From: a virus
Lineage: Duplodnaviria > Caudoviricetes
Length of the DNA: 64,000 nucleotides
Virus record (IMG/VR): IMGVR_UViG_3300029305_004678
Location: 32,001 to 96,000 of that record
Direction: 5' to 3' (one strand)
The position numbers and the translations under genes are program-made. The notes under the pieces were generated by a model. That model ran no database searches. It was not told where the DNA came from and saw nothing but the letters and a program-made list of their open reading frames with translations. The first letter of the stretch is position 1, and each line of letters begins with the position of its first letter. Of the stretch, positions 58,083 to 64,000 are shown piece by piece.

Positions 58083-58880
58083 TTAGTCTATTGTGAACTT
58101 ATAAAACACTTCTGCGGTAACGCTGCTTGCATCATAGTCCGTATTTATTGCAATTGCACCGCCAAAAGATGTCACCATAATGTGCGCCCCGCTTACATGG
58201 TTATTCGCATCGTAGCCAACACCATTCACCAAAACACCACTGGATAATTTTGCAGTAAGACCTCCGACAATTTGAAAGTTAGCACCATCAAGAATATTGG
58301 CATAACATGTCTTTCTGCTATTGTTCGGCAATGCTCCAAAATTGATATTTGCATAATAGACAGCTTTGCCGTTATACCGCTCTGTGGTGCGGTATGCCAC
58401 GCCAACAAACATGGGTGGGTTTTCAACTTCCCATTCTCCAATATATTCCGTACCGTAAATTGTTCGTTGCACTCTTACACCTGCAACATGCGGATTGCTA
58501 CCCATATCTACAATTTCTTGCATGCATACACCACCATTGAATGTCCAAACACGGCAAGCTTGGAATTCTCTCCATGCGTATTCTGCGGGAAAATTAGCTG
58601 GTGCGTTGTTCGTGTACCACATATACCAACCATTTGCCTTGATATTATTCAAATCATCAGCAGATGTCAGCAGTTTGGATTCAACGCCCAAACCATATCC
58701 AGCAGGAGCGAATTCAGTAGGCAATTTACCACCGAAAGTATCGGCATTTATAGGTACAGTTGCGATTTCAGTTTCAGATTCTTCTGAGTAAACTACACCA
58801 TCTAAATCAGGCTTATAAATTCCAGGTAAACCAAATACTGAAAAATCCAAGCCATTTAATACTTTATTATTATCAGACAT
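58083..58880 (-). CDS. Tail fibre / receptor-binding protein
   Basis: NADTFGGK, FAPAGYGLG, DLNNIKANGWY, TTERYNGKAVY..FGALP. Confidence 0.75.
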   Translation of the reverse strand: MSDNNKVLNGLDFSVFGLPGIYKPDLDGVVYSEESETEIATVPINADTFGGKLPTEFAPAGYGLGVESKLLTSADDLNNIKANGWYMWYTNNAPANFPAEYAWREFQACRVWTFNGGVCMQEIVDMGSNPHVAGVRVQRTIYGTEYIGEWEVENPPMFVGVAYRTTERYNGKAVYYANINFGALPNNSRKTCYANILDGANFQIVGGLTAKLSSGVLVNGVGYDANNHVSGAHIMVTSFGGAIAINTDYDASSVTAEVFYKFTID

Positions 58881-58913
58881 AATTTATATTACCCCCTTAA
58901 TTAATGTGAATCA

Positions 58914-59516
58914 TCAGAAGGATGTTCCTTCAGCAGAAGGAAGCGATGTAGCGATACCAAATCTTACTATACCATCACCGCTATCTTCTGCAGTAATAAC
59001 AATAGGAGAATCAGTCCATATAGCTGCACCATTAGATACATATAAGAACTGACCTTCATTTTCTTCAGTTATTTCAGGAAGCTCACTACCAGATTCTTCT
59101 GCGAGCTTCTGTGTAAACTCTTCTTCAGTACCAGTATAACCACCATCTTGGGCATACTGATATGCGCTTTTACCAGTAGCACCTGTAGGACCAATAGAAC
59201 CAGTAGCACCCGTAGGACCAACAGGGCCGGTAGGACCAATAGAACCAGTAGCACCCGTAGGACCAACAGGGCCGGTAGGACCAATAGAACCAGTAGCACC
59301 CGTAGGACCAACAGGGCCGGTAGGACCAATAGAACCAGTAGCACCCGTAGGACCAACAGGTCCTCTAAGATTCAATAGAATATCAGAGGAGTCGTCACTA
59401 CTCCTCATATAAAGATTACCATTTTCTTCATCGACAGATAACTCCCTAGGATAGTACTTCGCGCCACTCTCATAAGGAGCTACTCTAGTTGGATGACGAA
59501 TATCTTCAACAGACAT
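58914..59516 (-). CDS. Collagen-like fibre protein
   Basis: About 22 Gly-X-Y triplets; [17 protein letters not shown]. Confidence 0.85.
   Translation of the reverse strand: MSVEDIRHPTRVAPYESGAKYYPRELSVDEENGNLYMRSSDDSSDILLNLRGPVGPTGATGSIGPTGPVGPTGATGSIGPTGPVGPTGATGSIGPTGPVGPTGATGSIGPTGATGKSAYQYAQDGGYTGTEEEFTQKLAEESGSELPEITEENEGQFLYVSNGAAIWTDSPIVITAEDSGDGIVRFGIATSLPSAEGTSF
59172..59360. repeat. 45-bp tandem repeat x~4 encoding [15 protein letters not shown]
   Basis: Unit gtaggaccaatagaaccagtagcacccgtaggaccaacagggccg. Confidence 0.9.
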
Positions 59517-59649
59517 AAGTTATTTTCCTCCTTCGAGTAATTTTATTTATATGTTTTCTGGCATTAAGTTCACAAGGCATAGATCTGAGAGCATCTTGGC
59601 AGGCACTCTCCAAACATATGAATAAGAATTTAGAGAGGACTGAGTTGCA

Positions 59650-60612
59650 ATGAATTACATTGATTTTGTATCTAAACCACTTTTCTTAACTAATGTAACT
59701 GATGGAGTTGGAGATGCATCTGATGCTGTTGTCTCTATATCCAAAGCTATTTCTGAATACGGCCCTCTTATCGTTATTATGGCAGTTTTTGTTATTGTTT
59801 TTGTATTGATGGCTATATTGATACTTAGAAATAATGCAAAAATGATGAATCAGCTAATGACTGATAAAGAAACGGCGGAATCTAATAACCAACAGATGAT
59901 AGAAAAATTTGTAACAGCTGCACTTGAAAATCATGGAGTTAGTTCTAATAACACAAATGTTGAAGATCTTATAAAAGATATGAAGAAGAGTGTTGATGAG
60001 CTAAATAATCAAAAGAAGAAAGAAGAAAAAGAAGATGATCCAGATGATTATCATAAAGATATTGTTGGAGCCTATATTGATGTAAATATGGCCTTCAAGG
60101 ATGCATCTAGGAAAACTCTTTCAATTCTTGATTGCCAAAGAGTTGGAATTTATGTATTTCATAATGGAAATAATTCTTTGCACGGATTACCATTTTTTAA
60201 AATGTCTTGTATCCATGAATGGACTACTCGTGGATGCAATACGTTAAGAGGTAAATCTCATATAGATATGCCTCTTCATTTATTCAATGATTTTATTGAA
60301 GATTTATATAATCATGGAATTTATAAATCTCAAGATGTCTCTAAGGGTAAGGAAGAAGATCCTTCTCTTGAGGAGTTTATAGAGTTCTCTCATACAAAAG
60401 CTCTCTATATGATCGCCATTAAAGATGCTGACGGTGTTCTTGTTGGATTTGTAATAGCAGAATTTGAGAACGTTGATAATTTTGAACAAGACGAAGCCCG
60501 AGATAAATTTATACGGGAAAACCTTAATGCTATGGTGTTCAATGTTTCTCCATTCGTTGCCAACAAATATGTATTTAGAAGAATACAAGATCAGCATAAT
60601 AATAATGGGTAG
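59650..60612 (+). CDS. Single-TM protein with GAF-like domain (T4 holin T-like)
   Basis: TM helix, coiled coil, then RVGIYVFHNG..LPFFKMSCIHE..LVGFVIAEF. Confidence 0.55.
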   Translation: MNYIDFVSKPLFLTNVTDGVGDASDAVVSISKAISEYGPLIVIMAVFVIVFVLMAILILRNNAKMMNQLMTDKETAESNNQQMIEKFVTAALENHGVSSNNTNVEDLIKDMKKSVDELNNQKKKEEKEDDPDDYHKDIVGAYIDVNMAFKDASRKTLSILDCQRVGIYVFHNGNNSLHGLPFFKMSCIHEWTTRGCNTLRGKSHIDMPLHLFNDFIEDLYNHGIYKSQDVSKGKEEDPSLEEFIEFSHTKALYMIAIKDADGVLVGFVIAEFENVDNFEQDEARDKFIRENLNAMVFNVSPFVANKYVFRRIQDQHNNNG

Positions 60613-60691
60613 AAGCAGGTTATCCTGCTTCTACCCCTTCTCTTTTTATATGTATAACATTTTAATAAATTAAAAAAATGGAGGACTAAAA

Positions 60692-61186
60692 ATGGATTAT
60701 TTAGGTTTAATCGCTGGATTGATTTTGATCCTTGCAGCAGCTATAATAATTGGCATTAAGCTTTATAAGAAAAATAAAGAGACTGGTACTACTATCTCTT
60801 TTGATGAGTTTATTGAAGCATATGGACAGCAGATTATCCAAGTTCTTATCGACATTATCCAGTTACTGAAATTGGATCAGGGGTCCTATGAGAATAAGGA
60901 AGAATATGAGTATACTGTAATCTATATGACTATAGATAAATTGAAAGAAAATTCTGTAGAACTTGGTATCGATAAAGAGATAATTAATATGATTGATACA
61001 GAGACATTGACTGGAATAGTACAGAAAGTTCTTCATAATGAGGTTATGGAAATCTTTAATGAATCCACTCAGTCTGTAACTATTGGAGATGGTTCTTCTC
61101 TTGATGAGAATGATACAGGTACATCTAATTCTTTATTGAATGAGGTTCCTTATACTGATGAAGTAAATAATTCTGAATCTGAATAA
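60692..61186 (+). CDS. N-terminal TM protein, possible holin or lysis regulator
   Basis: One TM helix plus acidic helical domain; late promoter. Confidence 0.45.
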   Translation: MDYLGLIAGLILILAAAIIIGIKLYKKNKETGTTISFDEFIEAYGQQIIQVLIDIIQLLKLDQGSYENKEEYEYTVIYMTIDKLKENSVELGIDKEIINMIDTETLTGIVQKVLHNEVMEIFNESTQSVTIGDGSSLDENDTGTSNSLLNEVPYTDEVNNSESE

Positions 61187-61228
61187 TTAAAAAATATAGG
61201 AGAAGCTTTTAAGGCTTCTCCTATTTAT

Positions 61229-62566
61229 TTATTTCTTATCACTTTCAGATATTCTGTTTTTATTAGCAGATGTTTTAGTAATTACATAGTCATTTATATA
61301 ATCACCATCTACATATACTCCTATAAAAGTACCAGTATTTCTAATAGGTGTATTACTCTTAAATGTAAGAGTTTCCCAATCAAATTTACCGGTTATATAT
61401 TCTCCACCATTGAAGAAAATTAGATCACAGAATATAGCAGGAGATACTCCTTTTGACAAGCAATCTGCTATACATTCTCCTATATCTCCCTCAAGAAGTT
61501 CAGAAAAGTCTACTTCTAGTGGAAGATTGATTTTGTCTTCATCATCTTCATAAGTTGTAGACATATATAAAGGCCAATTATATTTATTCTTATCAGGAAC
61601 GACAGATCCTTTAAATGTATAACATGTACTTACTGGGCCATTGGGTTGATACCATGCTCCATAAACTGTTTTAAGTTTATGAGCATTATCAGAATAATAT
61701 GCATACATTTTAGGAGCAGGAAATCTAACTTCTACAGAGAATTCGATTCCAAAATTATTAGTCATCTGTCCTTCTCTTTCTCCATCATCTGCAGAAAGAT
61801 CTTGAGGTCTTAAATGCACATACATATTTCTCATTCTAATAAAGAATTCATTATTTCCATTAAGTGTACGATGTTTATATAAGAAAGGTAATGTACTATG
61901 CATATTTAACCATCTTAAGAATCCAGGTACATTCTTAATTGTCTCTTTAATATTTCCTTCAGAGACAGTTTCAGTCTGTACTTCAAAACCATTATCCCTA
62001 GCCAATTGAATCATGAGGGTATAGGGAATGTGAAAATCCAAATCTACGTCTTCACCACATGTGAATCCAATTCTACATGCAAGCTTTATAAATTTGAAAA
62101 TATCAAGCTGCTGAGCCCTAGTTTCTACTTTAAGACGGAAATTAAATCTCATTAACATAGTCTCCATACCTATTCCCATATAAGAGGAATTAGAAGGAGC
62201 ATTAAAGAATGAATTCTTAAATTTACCAGTCTGTACGTAAAGATCCATTCCATAAGGATAAGAATCAATACTTTCATTATCAAAATCCCATGATATGGAA
62301 GGTGTGATTGTAAGCGCAGGCTTTTGTCTTTTCAACAGCTCTAACTTACTAAGAGATCTGAAATCATCGTATATATTCTTTCCATCTATATAGATGGATT
62401 TAAATGTATCTTTAGGGAATTTAGATAAAAACCATTTTTTCATGTACTCTATACAAAGAGAATATGCTTGAACTGTACTAGGTACACATATACTTCTATA
62501 AAGAGTCTTAGAATGTTGCTGCCTAAAAGTATTTATATCAATGGGTTTAAGATTAGACATATCCAT
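61229..62566 (-). CDS. Virion structural protein, possibly tail completion
   Basis: 445 aa; late promoter at 62586. Confidence 0.5.
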   Translation of the reverse strand: MDMSNLKPIDINTFRQQHSKTLYRSICVPSTVQAYSLCIEYMKKWFLSKFPKDTFKSIYIDGKNIYDDFRSLSKLELLKRQKPALTITPSISWDFDNESIDSYPYGMDLYVQTGKFKNSFFNAPSNSSYMGIGMETMLMRFNFRLKVETRAQQLDIFKFIKLACRIGFTCGEDVDLDFHIPYTLMIQLARDNGFEVQTETVSEGNIKETIKNVPGFLRWLNMHSTLPFLYKHRTLNGNNEFFIRMRNMYVHLRPQDLSADDGEREGQMTNNFGIEFSVEVRFPAPKMYAYYSDNAHKLKTVYGAWYQPNGPVSTCYTFKGSVVPDKNKYNWPLYMSTTYEDDEDKINLPLEVDFSELLEGDIGECIADCLSKGVSPAIFCDLIFFNGGEYITGKFDWETLTFKSNTPIRNTGTFIGVYVDGDYINDYVITKTSANKNRISESDKK

Positions 62567-62612
62567 AAATTAAACCTCCTTTAATTATTTTTATGTTCTA
62601 GTATAAAAAATA

Positions 62613-62643
62613 AACGGTAGAGAGCGATACGCTCTCTACCGTT
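62613..62643 (-). terminator. Intrinsic terminator
   Basis: aacggtagagagcg/cgctctctaccgtt plus U-tract. Confidence 0.8.
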
Positions 62644-62649
62644 ATATAT

Positions 62650-63201
62650 TTAGCAATTTGCAAAATAAGACATTACGTCAATTACATACCGATCTGTGCA
62701 AATTACCATATCAGCAGGAGAATTGAGGACATCATTTCTAAAATTCTCGAAATTCTTAGTAAGAGTTTCGATAAATGCTTCAGAGCTTCCTCTTTCCTTG
62801 TAACGACGAATAGTCTCTTCTTTATCCTTGGGACAAATAGCTATAAACTTAAGCCCTCTCTCATGAAGTCCATTCAATACTTCAGCATGAGTAGAAGTAC
62901 ATACACAAAGTATTGTACTTTCTACAGGTGTTTCTCTATATGCCCTCTCTACAGCATCAAGATAATTATTGGGCCAATCTGGATGGCATTTCTTAATGCC
63001 ATGTTCTACAACCCAATGATAATCAGAACTCTCCATATCAATGAATTCATGAGGGAAATATTTACCACCAAAGGATTTGCCAGTTCCAGGGAAACCTGCT
63101 ACAATATACTTATTTTCACAGGTAGGAATATTTTTAGTTACCATAGTTCTCATACCACTCTTGATATCTTCTTCTAACTCTTTAATTCTTTTAGTTTCCA
63201 T
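62650..63201 (-). CDS. Small P-loop NTPase / NMP-kinase-like protein
   Basis: AGFPGTGKS, FIDMESS, RYKERG. Confidence 0.75.
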   Translation of the reverse strand: METKRIKELEEDIKSGMRTMVTKNIPTCENKYIVAGFPGTGKSFGGKYFPHEFIDMESSDYHWVVEHGIKKCHPDWPNNYLDAVERAYRETPVESTILCVCTSTHAEVLNGLHERGLKFIAICPKDKEETIRRYKERGSSEAFIETLTKNFENFRNDVLNSPADMVICTDRYVIDVMSYFANC

Positions 63202-63202
63202 T

Positions 63203-63802
63203 TTATACACTCCTGTTAAATTGATCGATTATAATCCTATATATTGCTGATGGACCCATAGAACCTAAGAAAATATCTAAAATATTATTAGTAGATCCTG
63301 TAGCAATCGCTATTCTATTACATAACTCATAAAGAGTTGAGTTATATTGAGCATAATTGTCTCTAAAATAGTCTATTATATGATTGCAATATCTAGCTCT
63401 TTTTAAGCCATCTATACAAGCACCATGAGTAGAAAACATAACGCAGAATTTTATCTTACGATCTCTGAGTTCTTGAGCTACTTCTAAATGATTACAAACA
63501 AGAACAATACTTGCTTTAATAGTAGAATCTGCAAGAACCTCTTCAATCTTATCGACATAATTCTTAGGAAATTCGCCCATATCATCTAGAAGTGGCAAGC
63601 CAGCCCAATAATAATCAGAAGCATCCACTTCTACAAATATATCTGGATATTTATTTGCAGCCTCAGTCTTTCCAGTGCCAGGGAAAGACATAACCACAAC
63701 TTTATCTCCTAATACATAATTTTTCTTATCTCTATAGAAAGTGGATATAGTATTACCAGGTGGATCAGTCCATTCCCATTCAGTTTTAAAAGAATTATTC
63801 AT
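63203..63802 (-). CDS. Paralogous small P-loop protein, divergent
   Basis: SFPGTGKT, VEVDASDY, FPKNYVDKI. Confidence 0.7.
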   Translation of the reverse strand: MNNSFKTEWEWTDPPGNTISTFYRDKKNYVLGDKVVVMSFPGTGKTEAANKYPDIFVEVDASDYYWAGLPLLDDMGEFPKNYVDKIEEVLADSTIKASIVLVCNHLEVAQELRDRKIKFCVMFSTHGACIDGLKRARYCNHIIDYFRDNYAQYNSTLYELCNRIAIATGSTNNILDIFLGSMGPSAIYRIIIDQFNRSV

Positions 63803-63807
63803 ATGAA

Positions 63808-63999
63808 TTATTTATCCTCCTGATCTGGATAGGTCTCATAGCTTGGACGAATTTCTGCGTACATCACTGTATTACCTTCATAATTAACTATCTCATGAAT
63901 ATTGAGCTCAGATTGCTCATCTTCAATATAGATATAATCAAAAGGATATTCAGGATGCGATTCCTGAAGACAAGGTTCTGTATGGACAATCTTACCATA
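63808..63999 (-). CDS. 3' end of a hypothetical gene
   Basis: Open frame from the window edge to TAA at 63808. Confidence 0.55.
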   Translation of the reverse strand, partial: YGKIVHTEPCLQESHPEYPFDYIYIEDEQSELNIHEIVNYEGNTVMYAEIRPSYETYPDQEDK

Positions 64000-64000
64000 C

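Noticed and set aside
1-64000. Stop-codon reassignment, as in some gut jumbo phages
   Set aside because: Genes are full length in the standard code, coding density is high, and TAG/TGA end genes at sensible places

Overview
AT-rich, gene-dense 64 kb segment of a jumbo myophage of the PBS1/AR9 (phiKZ-related, RNAP-encoding) type. The host is most likely a spore-forming Firmicute, judged from a SpoIIAB-like anti-sigma factor, XkdX cassettes, amidase and M15 lysins and strong GGAGG RBSs. The window encodes two split multisubunit RNA polymerase subunits (beta'-N with DYDGD; beta with GDK..NKG), a 3.7k-aa tape measure with three C-terminal peptidase/hydrolase domains, baseplate, tail, fibre and putative inner-head proteins, RusA, a dCTP deaminase with a large insertion, a PC4-like ssDNA-binding protein and a lysis set. 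Two promoter classes can be read from the DNA. AACA-N6-TA (18 exact copies plus 5 variants) lies before structural and lysis genes and matches the uracil-dependent AR9 late promoter. YATATTAT lies before early-type genes. Together with the dCTP deaminase these suggest a dU-DNA phage. Non-coding highlights are an independently transcribed ~290-nt RNA with three tandem pseudoknots (3301-3600), a ~900-bp sRNA-rich region (51610-52450), RBS-sequestering leaders and a candidate -1 frameshift in the gp26/gp51-like pair. All calls come from motif recognition by eye; no searches were run.
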